64,000 nt of DNA from Spirochaetaceae bacterium. GTDB lineage: Bacteria; Spirochaetota; Spirochaetia; DSM-2461. Numbering within the stretch: the stretch's first letter is position 1; the number at the start of each line of letters is the position of its first letter. The position numbers and the translations under genes are program-made. The stretch spans positions 1-64,000 of the forward strand of contig JAOPTT010000010.1 in NCBI GenBank assembly GCA_051531975.1, read 5' to 3'. The notes under the pieces are model-generated. The model did not search any database. It saw nothing but the letters and a program-made list of their open reading frames with translations, and was not told the DNA's origin. Positions 38,640 to 49,746 of this stretch are shown here, in pieces.

Positions 38640-39917
38640 ATGGTTAAAAAAGAAGACGTATTAAAGGTCTTAAGTAAGATAGAAGATCCAGATTTACATA
38701 AAGATATAGTGTCACTAGGTTTTATTAAAGAGTTAATAATCGATAGTAGTAAGGTTAGCTTTGTTATGGAATTAACAATTGCAGGATGCCCAATTAAGGA
38801 TAAATTTAAAGCTGAGGCAGAGAAAGCTGTTTTGGCACTGCCTGGGGTTGATAAAGTTCATATTGTTATGAGTTCTAGAGACAAAAAAACAAGTAATACT
38901 ACTGATAGTCTTAAGAATGTAAAAAATATTATAGCAGTTGCATCTGCAAAAGGAGGGGTTGGGAAATCTACAGTGTCAGCAACCCTTGCAAGTGAGTTTG
39001 CAGCAAAAGGTTTTAAAGTAGGGCTTTTAGATACCGACCTGTTTGGTCCATCTATACCTACACTGTTCAACCAACACGATGTTAAAATATTCCAAAAAGG
39101 TAAAATGTTCATACCTGCTGAGTTTAACGGTATAAAACTTATGTCATTTGGTTATTTAATGGGAGATTCCCCTGCAATCATGCGTGGACCAATGGTTTCT
39201 GGTTACATTCAGCAAATTTTAACTTCTGTAGAATGGGGTGAACTTGACTATTTATTTATTGATATGCCTCCTGGTACTGGGGATATTCAACTAACAATTT
39301 CTCAGACTATAAAACTTGATGGTGCTGTTATTGTAACTACAAGGTCTTCACTATCTTTAGTAGATGTAGCAAAAGGCATATTGATGTTTGAGAAGGTATC
39401 AATACCGATATTAGGGGTAGTAGAGAATATGTCTCATTTTGTATGTGACAATTGTGAAAAAGAACATCATATTTTTGGAAAACAGAAGGGAGATCTATCG
39501 GAACGTTTTGGGATAGAAACTTTAGCACATATACCTATAGAGTCTACTAGAGCAATTCCATTTGATAAATATGAAAGTAATGATATTAACAGTGAACTTT
39601 CCAATCAGATTGTTCGACAATTAGGAAAATTATCATCAGAAGCTGTTAAACAACCAGAAGTTATTTTAACACCTGATACAGTTACAGTTTTATGGGATGA
39701 TGGTAAAAGTAGTGAAATACCTAATATGGAATTAAGAGACCGCTGTAAATGTGCACTATGTGTAGATGAGTATTCAGGAGAAAAAACTCTTCAGAAAGAG
39801 GATATACCAAAGGATATACAAGGCTTAGAAGTAACACCTTTAGGTAATTATGCAGTTTCTATAAAATGGAGTGATGGTCATACTTCCAGTATCTACCCAT
39901 ACAAGAGTTTAAAATAA
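38640..39917 (+). CDS. apbC: Mrp/NBP35 (ApbC) Fe-S carrier ATPase with N-terminal DUF59 and C-terminal DUF971 (HCF101-like architecture)
   Basis: DPDLHKDIVSLG...GCP; KGGVGKST; DMPPGTGD; VENMS..CDNC; C-terminal LRDRCKCALC...GNYAVSIKWSDGH.SSIY. Confidence 0.88.
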   Translation: MVKKEDVLKVLSKIEDPDLHKDIVSLGFIKELIIDSSKVSFVMELTIAGCPIKDKFKAEAEKAVLALPGVDKVHIVMSSRDKKTSNTTDSLKNVKNIIAVASAKGGVGKSTVSATLASEFAAKGFKVGLLDTDLFGPSIPTLFNQHDVKIFQKGKMFIPAEFNGIKLMSFGYLMGDSPAIMRGPMVSGYIQQILTSVEWGELDYLFIDMPPGTGDIQLTISQTIKLDGAVIVTTRSSLSLVDVAKGILMFEKVSIPILGVVENMSHFVCDNCEKEHHIFGKQKGDLSERFGIETLAHIPIESTRAIPFDKYESNDINSELSNQIVRQLGKLSSEAVKQPEVILTPDTVTVLWDDGKSSEIPNMELRDRCKCALCVDEYSGEKTLQKEDIPKDIQGLEVTPLGNYAVSIKWSDGHTSSIYPYKSLK

Positions 39918-39982
39918 CTTTAATTGTTCGATTAGCGTTGTTTTAGACTTCATACATCATGTTTTGCGTGCTATTATTAGGT

Positions 39983-41272
39983 ATGAAAGATTTAAATAGT
40001 AGGTTTTCCCAGATGGGGATCCATATTCCAGAGATTTTATTACCTAATAATGTGGACATGAACAAGTGGGCCGTAGTTGCTTGTGATCAATTTACCTCAG
40101 ATAAGAACTATTGGTTAGAAACTTCTGAAATAGTCGATGATAATCCATCGACTTTACAGTTAATTTTACCTGAATGTTTTTTAGAAGAAGATGATAAAAA
40201 ACAAAGAATAGATACCATAAAAACTACAATGAGTAGTTATATAAATAATAATATTTTTAAAAAACTAAAACATGGATTTATTTTAGTAGATCGTAGTACA
40301 CCGCATACACCTTCTAGAAAAGGTTTAATAATTGCTATCGACTTAGAACATTATAGTTTTGAAAAAAACAGTAAAAGTTTAATTAGACCAACAGAGGGGA
40401 CGGTTATAGAGCGTTTGCCTTCAAGAGTTGAAATAAGGGAAAATGCTCCTTTAGATATACCTCATATACTTCTTCTGATTAATGATAAACATTGTAACAT
40501 AATTGAAGAAGCTTATAAATATAAAGAGGAATTTGATACTGTTTATAATTTTGATTTAATGCAAAACGGTGGAAAGATTAGTGGCCACCTAATAAAAGAA
40601 GAGAAACATCTAGAAAATATATGTAAAGCTTTTGAAGATCTGTTTTTAAAAAATGAGATGTTATTTGCTGTTGGAGATGGTAACCACTCATTAGCTTCAG
40701 CTAAACAAATTTGGGAAAAACTCAAAAAAAGTGGTGCCGAGAAAAATCACCCTGCAAGATTTGCACTTGTAGAAGTTAATAATATTTATAACGATGGAAT
40801 AGTTTTTGAACCTATCCATAGAGCTTTATTTAATGTAGATACTAATAATTTCTTAGAATTTCTAAAAACAAAAACAAATAGTCAAATAACATATACGGCG
40901 ACTGAAGATATTGTTAAAGATCTACTTAAAAAGAATAAAGACAACCATATTATTGGTTTTAAGAATGGTGGTCAGTGGGGTTATATTACAATTATAAATC
41001 CTGATGTAAAACTATCATACGAGATAGTTCAACCTATAATAGATGAATATTTAGTAAGCAAGAAAGGAATTAATATAGATTATATACATGGGGATAAAAC
41101 TGTAGATGAAATTGGGTCTAAAACTAATAATTTAATACTTTATTTTAATACTATGGAAAAATCTGACTTTTTTAGCATGATAATTGAAGGTGGTGCGCTT
41201 CCTAGGAAGACATTCTCTATAGGTGAAGCGGAAGAAAAAAGGTATTATATCGAATCTAGACATATATCTTAA
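39983..41272 (+). CDS. DUF1015 family protein
   Basis: KWAVVACDQFTS, IRPTEGTV, FAVGDGNHSLASAK, LPRKTFS.GEA.EKRYY.E. Confidence 0.8.
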   Translation: MKDLNSRFSQMGIHIPEILLPNNVDMNKWAVVACDQFTSDKNYWLETSEIVDDNPSTLQLILPECFLEEDDKKQRIDTIKTTMSSYINNNIFKKLKHGFILVDRSTPHTPSRKGLIIAIDLEHYSFEKNSKSLIRPTEGTVIERLPSRVEIRENAPLDIPHILLLINDKHCNIIEEAYKYKEEFDTVYNFDLMQNGGKISGHLIKEEKHLENICKAFEDLFLKNEMLFAVGDGNHSLASAKQIWEKLKKSGAEKNHPARFALVEVNNIYNDGIVFEPIHRALFNVDTNNFLEFLKTKTNSQITYTATEDIVKDLLKKNKDNHIIGFKNGGQWGYITIINPDVKLSYEIVQPIIDEYLVSKKGINIDYIHGDKTVDEIGSKTNNLILYFNTMEKSDFFSMIIEGGALPRKTFSIGEAEEKRYYIESRHIS

Positions 41273-41291
41273 TGTCTTGTACATTTCCTCT

Positions 41292-41864
41292 ATGGGAATA
41301 ATTGAAATAATACTAATTGCTATAGCACTTGCTATTGATGCATTTGCTGTATCTATTACATGTGGGATTAATACAAAAGTTGTCAGGTTAAAAAATATAT
41401 TGAAAGTGGGACTTCTTTTTGGTCTATTTCAGGCTGTTATGCCATTAATAGGTAATTATGCTGGAAATATGATTCCATTTGACATAACAACATATGACCA
41501 CTGGATAGCTTTTGGCCTACTATCTATTATTGGTATTCATATGATTAAGGAATCTAGAACTAAAAATGACCCCCTAGAGACAAAAAAAAGTACAAAAGAC
41601 ATATTTGGAACTAGAACTCTAATATTTGCAGCTATTGCAACTAGTATTGATGCATTAGCTGCTGGATTTTCAGCATCATTATTAAATGCTAAAATTATAT
41701 TATTAGCTTCCTCTGCAGGAATAATTACTTTAATATTAAGTTGTATTGGTGTTTATTTAGGAAGACGTATAGGACATATTTTTGAAAAAAAGGCAGAATT
41801 GTTGAGTGGAATTGTCCTTATTCTAATAGGGGTAAATATTGTTTATAGGCATATGTTTCAATAA
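41292..41864 (+). CDS. mntP: Manganese efflux pump MntP
   Basis: ALAIDAFAVS, FGLFQAVMP, DHWIAF, ATSIDALAAG; ATG 41292 avoids overlap with the upstream gene. Confidence 0.9.
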   Translation: MGIIEIILIAIALAIDAFAVSITCGINTKVVRLKNILKVGLLFGLFQAVMPLIGNYAGNMIPFDITTYDHWIAFGLLSIIGIHMIKESRTKNDPLETKKSTKDIFGTRTLIFAAIATSIDALAAGFSASLLNAKIILLASSAGIITLILSCIGVYLGRRIGHIFEKKAELLSGIVLILIGVNIVYRHMFQ

Positions 41865-41927
41865 CTTTGAAAATAGATTATTATTAATTTAACATTAATT
41901 ACATTTAAAAATATTTTGGAGTTTATT

Positions 41928-42152
41928 ATGGGTATCGGTTTAATATTATTTGCAATCGCAATAATTACATTTATTTCATTAATTGGGGTCAAACGAAATT
42001 GGTTTCCCCAAAAAAATAGAATTCAAAGTGGGTACATAGATCCACACCTTATAATTGAAAAAAGATATGCTGATGGAGAAATAAACCATGCGGAATTTCT
42101 TGAAATAAAAAAAGAGTTCGATAAGATGAAAGAAAAGAATTTAAAAAAATAA
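41928..42152 (+). CDS. Small membrane protein with SHOCT domain
   Basis: One TM helix, then IIEKRYADGEINHAEF; GGAG SD before ATG 41928. Confidence 0.75.
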   Translation: MGIGLILFAIAIITFISLIGVKRNWFPQKNRIQSGYIDPHLIIEKRYADGEINHAEFLEIKKEFDKMKEKNLKK

Positions 42153-42222
42153 TTCTAATTGACTATTGTTTTCGTAGTATTTATCATAAAAAACTAAATT
42201 TTATACATTTTAGGAGTTTTTT

Positions 42223-42819
42223 ATGACAAATAACATTTCGTTATCCAAATTAGAGATAACAGATAATAGTTCAAATCCTGCACCTCTAGGATTAGTTGGT
42301 TTTGGTTTAACAACCATTTTATTAAATTTTCACAATGCTGGTTTTTTCCCAGTTAACTCAGTAATCATGGGTATGGGTATTTTTGTTGGTGGTTTAGCTC
42401 AGGTTATTGCTGGTATTTTAGAATCTAAAAAGAATAATACTTTTGGAACAACAGCTTTTACTTTATATGGATTTTTCTGGATGAGTTTAGTTGCAACGTG
42501 GGTACTTCCAGAAGCTGGAGTTGCTGAAAGTTCTAACTCTTTTGCTATGGGTGTTTATCTTCTATTTTGGGGAGTTTTTACATTAGGAATGTTTTTTGGA
42601 ACTTTAAAAATGAACAGAGGACTACAAGTTGTTTTTGGTTCTTTAACAATTCTATTTTTTCTATTAGCAATCGGAGATTTTACTGGTAGTCACCTAATTA
42701 AAACTATAGCTGGATTCGAGGGGATTTTCTGTGGAATGTCAGCTTTGTACACAGCAATAGCTCTAATACTTTATGAAGTTTATGGTAAGGTAGTTCTTCC
42801 AATAGGTGCTCATAACTAA
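42223..42819 (+). CDS. satP: Acetate/succinate uptake transporter (GPR1/FUN34/YaaH)
   Basis: NPAPLGLVGFGLTTILLN.HNAG, NTFGTTAFT.YG.FW. Confidence 0.92.
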   Translation: MTNNISLSKLEITDNSSNPAPLGLVGFGLTTILLNFHNAGFFPVNSVIMGMGIFVGGLAQVIAGILESKKNNTFGTTAFTLYGFFWMSLVATWVLPEAGVAESSNSFAMGVYLLFWGVFTLGMFFGTLKMNRGLQVVFGSLTILFFLLAIGDFTGSHLIKTIAGFEGIFCGMSALYTAIALILYEVYGKVVLPIGAHN

Positions 42820-42831
42820 ATAAGATTATAT

Positions 42832-42857
42832 ACCTAGTTTTTAGACTAGGTTTTTTA
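42832..42857 (+). terminator. Intrinsic terminator of satP
   Basis: ACCTAGT-TTTTAG-ACTAGGT followed by a T run. Confidence 0.7.
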
Positions 42858-43020
42858 ACCGATTAACAATATTAGATAGAGTAGTTTTATTCTCTATCTA
42901 ACATATTGATATCCATAATACCCCTATAAAATGATTATTTGCCATTGTCACTTATTAAATTAGAACATATTTAACAATGACGATTTCAAGATTATATTAT
43001 ACAATAATTAGGGAGATTGA

Positions 43021-44928
43021 ATGGATATAAAAAAGAAAATATTAGTATCATTAGGTGTGCCTTATATAATTTCTATAATTGTTGGTTTAGCAATTATTAT
43101 TCTAATTACAACGACGCAAATAAAAGATGACCTAAAATCAACAATCAAAAACCAAAATCAAAGTTTAAACGAACATATATCAGAGCTTGTTGTTACTTCC
43201 GCAAAAAGTTATATTACTGCAATTGGTGTTACCGAAAACATACATATTTCTAAGATGGTTAAAAGTGGGAATTCCTTACATGATATAAATGAATACTTAC
43301 AAGATGAGAAATTCTTAAATGATGGTTATATATATCTTGTTGATACTGAGGGAATAATAAAACATCACCCAGATATATCAAAATTAGGAACAAAATCAAT
43401 TGTTTTAAATTGGTTATCAAGTCAAAAAAGAGATGATCCTGGTTATTATTTTTATGAGTTTAATAATAGGGATAAACTTTTATATAAAATATACAATCCT
43501 GATCTTGGATTATACATTATGGTTTCTACTTATACTGATGATTTTTCAAAATCCATAGAACTTTCTGAATTAAATAAAATTATGAATAATATATCTATTG
43601 GTAAAAAAGGTTATCCTATTATTTTAACTCTAGATGGAACATTTATCAGTTATCCTGATATAAAATATGTTAATTTAAACCAGACGGATCTTACAGATGC
43701 TGATGGTAATTATATTATTCAGAGGGTTCTTTCTGAAAGAGATGGTCATTTTGAGTATAATTGGCGAGAACAATCCGGGAAAATCAGCAAAAAAATAATC
43801 TATTTTTCTTATGAAAAAAATTCAAATTTCATTATATGTTCCACAGGTTATATAAAAGATTTTTATAGTAATATTTCTAGCTTTACAATAACAATAGTTA
43901 TAACAACGCTTTTAATACTTTTTATATTAGTTGTTTTAATGTATCAGCTTTCCGATTCTGTTATCCGACCTATAAAAGAGTTAACATACCTTTCTAAAGA
44001 GATGACTAATGGAAATCTAGATATAGAGATCGAACTTAGTGATACAGATGAAATTAATATTTTAACAAAAAACTTTTTATATATGAGAGATACAATAAAG
44101 GAAAAACTGTCTGAACTAAAAGATCTAAATGAAAGTTTAGAAGACACTGTTTTAAAAAGAACGAATGAACTAAAAGGTGCACAAGACAAACTGATACAAT
44201 CTGAGAAAATGTCCGCTTTAGGTGGTTTAGTTGCAGGTATTGCACATGAATTAAATACACCGATTGGTATAGCAGTTACAGCTTCTTCCCACTTAGAATC
44301 AGAGACAATAAAATTTATAAGTAATTATAAAGAGGATAAAATGACAAAAACTTCTTTTAATAATTATTTGGAAAGTGTATTGATTCAGTCACAGATGATA
44401 TTATCCAATATGAATAGATCGGCAATATTAGTAAAAAGTTTTAAGCAGATATCAGTAGACCAGACTATAGAGGTAAAAAGATCTTTTAAACTTAAAGCCT
44501 ATATAGATGATCTACTCCATAGTCTTAAACACAAAATAAAATACAAAGATATTAAAATAACTATTGATTGCCAAGATTCAATTGTAATAAATAGTTATCC
44601 TGGTTCTATTTCACAAATTTTTACTAATCTAATATTAAATAGTTACATACATGGATTTGAAAATAGAGATAGTGGAGAAATAACAATTATTGTTGAAGAA
44701 TTACCAACTCATTTAAGTATCAAATACATAGATAATGGGAAAGGTATTCCATCTGATACAGTTAATAAAATATTTGAACCGTTTTATACTACTAAAAGAA
44801 ATAATGGAGGAACCGGTTTAGGTTTACATGTAGTATATAACATTGTAAACAGTTCTCTTGATGGTTCTATAAATTGTATTAGTAGTGAAAACAATGGCGT
44901 CTGTTTTTTAATAAAACTACCATATTAA
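43021..44928 (+). CDS. Sensor histidine kinase with tandem Cache-like periplasmic module
   Basis: 2 [36 protein letters not shown]. Confidence 0.9.
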   Translation: MDIKKKILVSLGVPYIISIIVGLAIIILITTTQIKDDLKSTIKNQNQSLNEHISELVVTSAKSYITAIGVTENIHISKMVKSGNSLHDINEYLQDEKFLNDGYIYLVDTEGIIKHHPDISKLGTKSIVLNWLSSQKRDDPGYYFYEFNNRDKLLYKIYNPDLGLYIMVSTYTDDFSKSIELSELNKIMNNISIGKKGYPIILTLDGTFISYPDIKYVNLNQTDLTDADGNYIIQRVLSERDGHFEYNWREQSGKISKKIIYFSYEKNSNFIICSTGYIKDFYSNISSFTITIVITTLLILFILVVLMYQLSDSVIRPIKELTYLSKEMTNGNLDIEIELSDTDEINILTKNFLYMRDTIKEKLSELKDLNESLEDTVLKRTNELKGAQDKLIQSEKMSALGGLVAGIAHELNTPIGIAVTASSHLESETIKFISNYKEDKMTKTSFNNYLESVLIQSQMILSNMNRSAILVKSFKQISVDQTIEVKRSFKLKAYIDDLLHSLKHKIKYKDIKITIDCQDSIVINSYPGSISQIFTNLILNSYIHGFENRDSGEITIIVEELPTHLSIKYIDNGKGIPSDTVNKIFEPFYTTKRNNGGTGLGLHVVYNIVNSSLDGSINCISSENNGVCFLIKLPY

Positions 44929-44984
44929 ATAATCTTATTTTATACTATAGTCATTTATTATATATATATATATATGGAGATTTT

Positions 44985-47111
44985 ATGAATATAAAAACTA
45001 GAATGTTAACTCTATTAGGAATACCTACAGTTATAGCCATTGGTTGCTCTTTTGCACTAATTGTAACTTTAACAACTAAAAGAATTGGAGATGAATTATC
45101 CAATCAATTAGAGTATCAAGAGAACTCTTTAGTTGCCCAGATATCAGAACAAGTAATGGGTTCTGCAAGAAGTTATATTTCAGCTGTTGGTACTATAGCA
45201 AACAGAAATGCTACTGAAGTTTATGATAATTACTTATCTGGTGAAATATCTGAAGAAGATGCATTAATCCAAGTACAGAATGTTTTTAATAAAGAGAAGT
45301 TTCTTGGAAGTGGATATATATATGTTGTTGATCCAGATGCTATAATTGTAGCCCATCCTAATAAAACTAAAATTGGTGGTGTTTCTACTACTAAAGAATG
45401 GTTACAAAAACAGGATATAAATATTAATAGTTTTTATAAATATGAATACGAAGGTAGAGATAAACTTTTACTAAAAATATATAACAAAAAATTAGAATGG
45501 AATATTATGACTTCAGCTTATGCAGATGACTTTTCTCAAAGTTTAGATTTTACTGAATTAAATATAACCATGAACAATATAAAAGTTGGGAAAACAGGTT
45601 ATCCACTTCTGCTTTCTGAAAGTGGAAAACTAATTTCTCACCCAGATGCACAATTATTAAATACAGATGTTATTAACTTAAAAGATTTTGATGGGAATCA
45701 GATATTTAAACGTATAATTGATGAGAAAGAAGGTAATTTTAGATATAACTGGAAAGAGAGTGATGGTTCTGTTAGAGAAAAATTCATCTATTTTAAATAT
45801 GAGAAAAATTCCAAACTTTATGTTTGCTCCACAGGTTATACTGATGACTTTTATGGAACTGTAGAAGTTATTATAAAGTTAATAGTTATTAGTGGAATTA
45901 TTATGATTGGGGTACTATTTGCCCTACTCTACGCTACCGCATCGGCAGTGGCAAAACCGATAAAAATATTCACAACTAGTTTAAAGGATATTTCTGAAGG
46001 AGATGGAGATTTAACAAGTAGAATAAATGTTAAATCTTCAGGTGAAATAGAAGTTATGGTGAGCTCTTTTAACAAGTTTATAGAGAAGCTTCAGACTATA
46101 ATATTACACATTAAAAATGCATCGGATGATACACTAAAAATTAAGAATGAAGTATCAATAGGTGTAGAAGAGACAGCAAGTGCATTACATGAAATAAGTA
46201 CTAATATCACTGAGATAAAAAATCAAACAAATCATCTGAATGAAAATATAAAAAAATCCGTTGGTTATTCTGATGAAATATCCCAAAGTGCTGGAGTTCT
46301 TAATAAGTCGGTAGATAATCAATCACTGATGTTAGAGACTTCTACTGCTGCAATAACACAGATGATATCTTCCATAACAAATGTAGACAATATTACAATT
46401 TCAAAAAAACAGTCTGCAACAAGACTTCTTGAATCAGCAGTTTCAGGTTCAAAAGTAATAGACCAGACACAACAAGCAGTTAAAGAGGTAAACAAACAGT
46501 TAGCAAATATACAAGAGATTGCAATTGTAATTTCTAATATTGCGGCACAAACGAATCTTTTAGCTATGAATGCTGCTATAGAGGCAGCCCATGCGGGAGA
46601 TGCAGGAAAAGGGTTTGCTGTTGTAGCTGATGAAATAAGAAAGCTAGCTGAAACCTCTAGCCAAAATTCAAATAAAATCACCACTACTCTTAAAAATATC
46701 TCTGAATCTATAGTTTCTGCAGATACCCTGAGCCAAAATACTAGAGTAAGCTTTACTGAACTACATAAAGAGATAGACGATATAGTTAATGCATTATCAG
46801 AGATTACAACAAGTACCCACGAACTAGAAGTTGGAGGACAAGATATACTTGAATCCATTACTGGCCTAGGAGATGCTTCTAATGTTGTTAATAATAGTGC
46901 ATTACATATTCAAGATATATCTAAGAAAGTAAAAGAATCAATGGAAGAAACTAGTGATATTTCTTTAGAAGTATTTACTTCTATCGATGAAATTAGCCAA
47001 GGGACAAAAGGGATTTCAGATTCGATGTTAGTTGTTACAAATAGTACATACAAACTAGAAGAGACAAGCGATGAATTAAATGACAATGTTAATAAATTTA
47101 AAATAGATTAA
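44985..47111 (+). CDS. Methyl-accepting chemotaxis protein with tandem Cache-like periplasmic module
   Basis: 2 TM, HAMP GEGDLT-like, signalling hairpin [38 protein letters not shown]. Confidence 0.93.
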   Translation: MNIKTRMLTLLGIPTVIAIGCSFALIVTLTTKRIGDELSNQLEYQENSLVAQISEQVMGSARSYISAVGTIANRNATEVYDNYLSGEISEEDALIQVQNVFNKEKFLGSGYIYVVDPDAIIVAHPNKTKIGGVSTTKEWLQKQDININSFYKYEYEGRDKLLLKIYNKKLEWNIMTSAYADDFSQSLDFTELNITMNNIKVGKTGYPLLLSESGKLISHPDAQLLNTDVINLKDFDGNQIFKRIIDEKEGNFRYNWKESDGSVREKFIYFKYEKNSKLYVCSTGYTDDFYGTVEVIIKLIVISGIIMIGVLFALLYATASAVAKPIKIFTTSLKDISEGDGDLTSRINVKSSGEIEVMVSSFNKFIEKLQTIILHIKNASDDTLKIKNEVSIGVEETASALHEISTNITEIKNQTNHLNENIKKSVGYSDEISQSAGVLNKSVDNQSLMLETSTAAITQMISSITNVDNITISKKQSATRLLESAVSGSKVIDQTQQAVKEVNKQLANIQEIAIVISNIAAQTNLLAMNAAIEAAHAGDAGKGFAVVADEIRKLAETSSQNSNKITTTLKNISESIVSADTLSQNTRVSFTELHKEIDDIVNALSEITTSTHELEVGGQDILESITGLGDASNVVNNSALHIQDISKKVKESMEETSDISLEVFTSIDEISQGTKGISDSMLVVTNSTYKLEETSDELNDNVNKFKID

Positions 47112-47133
47112 CATAAGTTTATATAAAGGGATT

Positions 47134-47172
47134 ATTAGGTTTATAAAAAAATAGCCGGCATAGAGCCGACTT
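47134..47172. terminator. Probable bidirectional terminator
   Basis: A-run, AGCCGGC-ATAGA-GCCGACT, then TTATATTTTT, between convergent units. Confidence 0.7.
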
Positions 47173-47188
47173 TATATTTTTAGAGGAC

Positions 47189-47230
47189 CTAGATCCTCGT
47201 AACATTGGATAAGGTTTTAAAATCTTTCAT
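47189..47230 (-). CDS. Candidate 13-aa small ORF MKDFKTLSNVTRI
   Basis: AAGGAG SD 6 nt before ATG, candidate promoter upstream, hairpin and terminator downstream. Confidence 0.35.
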   Translation of the reverse strand: MKDFKTLSNVTRI

Positions 47231-47303
47231 AAAAAACTCCTTATCATTTGTTACATATTACCTTACAAAGAGTGTAAAAACAATCTGTTAAATCTAATAA
47301 TAA

Positions 47304-48458
47304 CTAATTATTTTTATTAGATTTAAACTTTTTAGACTCTAAAACTAATAGAATTGTTAAAAATAGAATATAAATAGGTGCAATAATAAAACTAGTATGT
47401 AGCCCTTTATTATCACCAACTATCCCCATAATAATTGTTGCAGAACTATAACCTGGTATACCAAAACATGATAAAAAGATCATTAAAATTGTAGTATCAA
47501 CCTTCATTACAGTTCCAGCATATGACTGGATACATGGCCAAAAGCAAGCTACAGTTAACCCGATAAAAAACATAAAAATAAATAGAGAAAACATATTAGT
47601 AATTAGAAAGAAACTTATACTAATAAACAGTGCTAAAACAGAAGATACTAGTAGAATTTGTTTCATTGTGTACTTGTGTGTAAGTTTACTTGTTAATAGT
47701 CTTCCTATAACCATACCTATTGCAAAAAGAGCTGCACCTAATGCACCGGCTCTTGGAGCTGCGCTAAACTGCAGTTGTATATAACTAGCACTCCAAAAAG
47801 CAAAAGCACTTTCAGCACCACCAGCAAAAAATAGTGAAAACCCTAAAAACCAGAATCTTGGTTTTGATAAGATTTCCCCCATATGGCTAAAATCAGTTCT
47901 AGATTTTGGAAGTTGTATTTTACTACTTCTTGGGTATATAAAACTAATTAGTAAAACAACTACTCCTAACGCAATAAAAAGAGCTCTCCAAGAGACTCCA
48001 CGAGATAAAAGTTCACCAAATATTAAAACACTAAAACATACACCAATTGGCCAAAAAGCGTGTAATACACTCATTTTTTTTCCATTATCTCCAGGGTATA
48101 AGTCCTCTACTAATGGTGTTAAAAGTGCCTCTATAAAACCTTGTCCAAAACCAATGAATAGAATTAAAAAAGTTGTCATTAAATATGTTGTACTCTGGGT
48201 AAAAAGAAAAAGACCTACAGATAAAATTATCAGAGCAGTTCGTAGAATTATAATCTTTCCAAACCATGCAGCAACAAAACAACTAAAAATAAGAACTAAA
48301 AACTGTTCTATTGAACTAATAAAACCTAAAGAACCACCTTGGGTTAAATTGAGGGATAACTCTTCTGAAATTTTAACTAAGCTTATTGGTAATATTGTTG
48401 CACTTGCAGCATAAATAAACATAGATGCTTTAGATGCAAAATCTACTCTTTTTATCAT
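47304..48458 (-). CDS. MFS transporter (FucP/TsgA-like sugar permease)
   Basis: About 12 TM; LHAFWPIG, GGAESAFAFW, GMVIGRL. Confidence 0.8.
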   Translation of the reverse strand: MIKRVDFASKASMFIYAASATILPISLVKISEELSLNLTQGGSLGFISSIEQFLVLIFSCFVAAWFGKIIILRTALIILSVGLFLFTQSTTYLMTTFLILFIGFGQGFIEALLTPLVEDLYPGDNGKKMSVLHAFWPIGVCFSVLIFGELLSRGVSWRALFIALGVVVLLISFIYPRSSKIQLPKSRTDFSHMGEILSKPRFWFLGFSLFFAGGAESAFAFWSASYIQLQFSAAPRAGALGAALFAIGMVIGRLLTSKLTHKYTMKQILLVSSVLALFISISFFLITNMFSLFIFMFFIGLTVACFWPCIQSYAGTVMKVDTTILMIFLSCFGIPGYSSATIIMGIVGDNKGLHTSFIIAPIYILFLTILLVLESKKFKSNKNN

Positions 48459-49678
48459 TTTGTAACCTTCTTAACTGTCATTAATTTTCTACCTACTGCA
48501 GCAAACATCTTAATTGCTGGTTTCTCTAGATCTCTTTGTACTAATTTAAACTTCTCTCTAATAGGGATAAATTGTGGACATTTCTCTTCACATTTACCAC
48601 AATCGATACAGGAACTTGTCCAGTGTGGTTTGCCATCAGGTGTCTGAATACCAAGATATGCCATATGATATAAAGTACCCTCTCTTTTTGAGAACATATG
48701 ATAATTGTTTAAGTTTTTAAAAGCTGCTGGGATATCAATTTTAGCAGGGCAAGGAAGACAATAAGCACAACCTGTACACCCAACTTGTAACAATTCATTA
48801 AATTTATCTCTTACATCAGAAATAATATTTTCTTCTTTTTCTGTCATACCACTAATTTTTGAATCTGAGCAAATTTCTATATTCTCTTTTATATGTTCAT
48901 CTTCGTTCATTCCAGATAAAACTAATGTAACAGCGGGATGATTTAAAACAAAACGAAGTGCCCAATCCGCAGGGGATCTTTTTACATCTGCTTTATTATA
49001 AATCTTCTCAACACCCTTTGGCATTTTTGAAACTAAAGACCCACCTCTTAAAGGCTCCATTACAATAATACCCATACCTTTTTTATGAGCATATTCAATT
49101 CCCTCAATTCCAGCCTGAAAATGAACGTCTACTATATTATACTGAACCTGGGCAAAATCAAAATCATATGCATCACAAATAGTTTTAAAATCCTCTTTTT
49201 GACCATGAAATGAGAATCCCATAGATTTAACTTTACCCTCTTTTTTTATCTTGTCCATGAACTCGATAATTCCTAAAGAGACCATTAATTCCCATCTTTG
49301 TAGTTCCATGGAGTGAAGCATATAATAATCAATACAATCGACCTGAAGTTTTTCTAGTTGCTTATTAAAAATATCCTCAATCTGTTCCTTCTTTTTTATC
49401 ATCATACATGGAAGTTTTGTTGCTATTTTTACTTTCTCTCTATAACCATCTTTTAAAACATACTCCCCTAAAAATGATTCAGATGCTCCAAGATGATAAG
49501 GGTATGCAGTATCTAAATAATTAACCCCATTATCTATAGCATATCTAATCTGTTTTAATGCCTTCTCTTTATTAATTAAACTAGATGCAGCCCCACCAAC
49601 ATGGGTCGGTAATCTCATACATCCATAACCTAAAGTTGATAACTTCTCATCTGAGTTAGGCATTGTTCTATATTGCAT
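48455..49678 (-). CDS. Aldo/keto reductase with C-terminal 4Fe-4S dicluster
   Basis: LGYGCMRLP, DTAYPYH, ATKLP, MEPLRGG; CTGCAYCLPCP and CIDCGKCEEKCP. Confidence 0.9.
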   Translation of the reverse strand: MQYRTMPNSDEKLSTLGYGCMRLPTHVGGAASSLINKEKALKQIRYAIDNGVNYLDTAYPYHLGASESFLGEYVLKDGYREKVKIATKLPCMMIKKKEQIEDIFNKQLEKLQVDCIDYYMLHSMELQRWELMVSLGIIEFMDKIKKEGKVKSMGFSFHGQKEDFKTICDAYDFDFAQVQYNIVDVHFQAGIEGIEYAHKKGMGIIVMEPLRGGSLVSKMPKGVEKIYNKADVKRSPADWALRFVLNHPAVTLVLSGMNEDEHIKENIEICSDSKISGMTEKEENIISDVRDKFNELLQVGCTGCAYCLPCPAKIDIPAAFKNLNNYHMFSKREGTLYHMAYLGIQTPDGKPHWTSSCIDCGKCEEKCPQFIPIREKFKLVQRDLEKPAIKMFAAVGRKLMTVKKVTK

Positions 49679-49746
49679 ACGACTCTCCATTTAAGTTATT
49701 ATACACTAATGACTCTAATGGTCAATTTATTAAAAAGGCGTAAAAA

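Noticed and set aside
41223..41291. yybP-ykoY manganese riboswitch before mntP, or longer MntP N-terminus
   Set aside because: Only 19 nt separate the upstream stop from the likely ATG, leaving no room; the extension overlaps the upstream CDS.
47180..47191. Pyrrolysine/readthrough of the sORF TAG
   Set aside because: Readthrough would add only two residues before TAA; no pyl genes seen.
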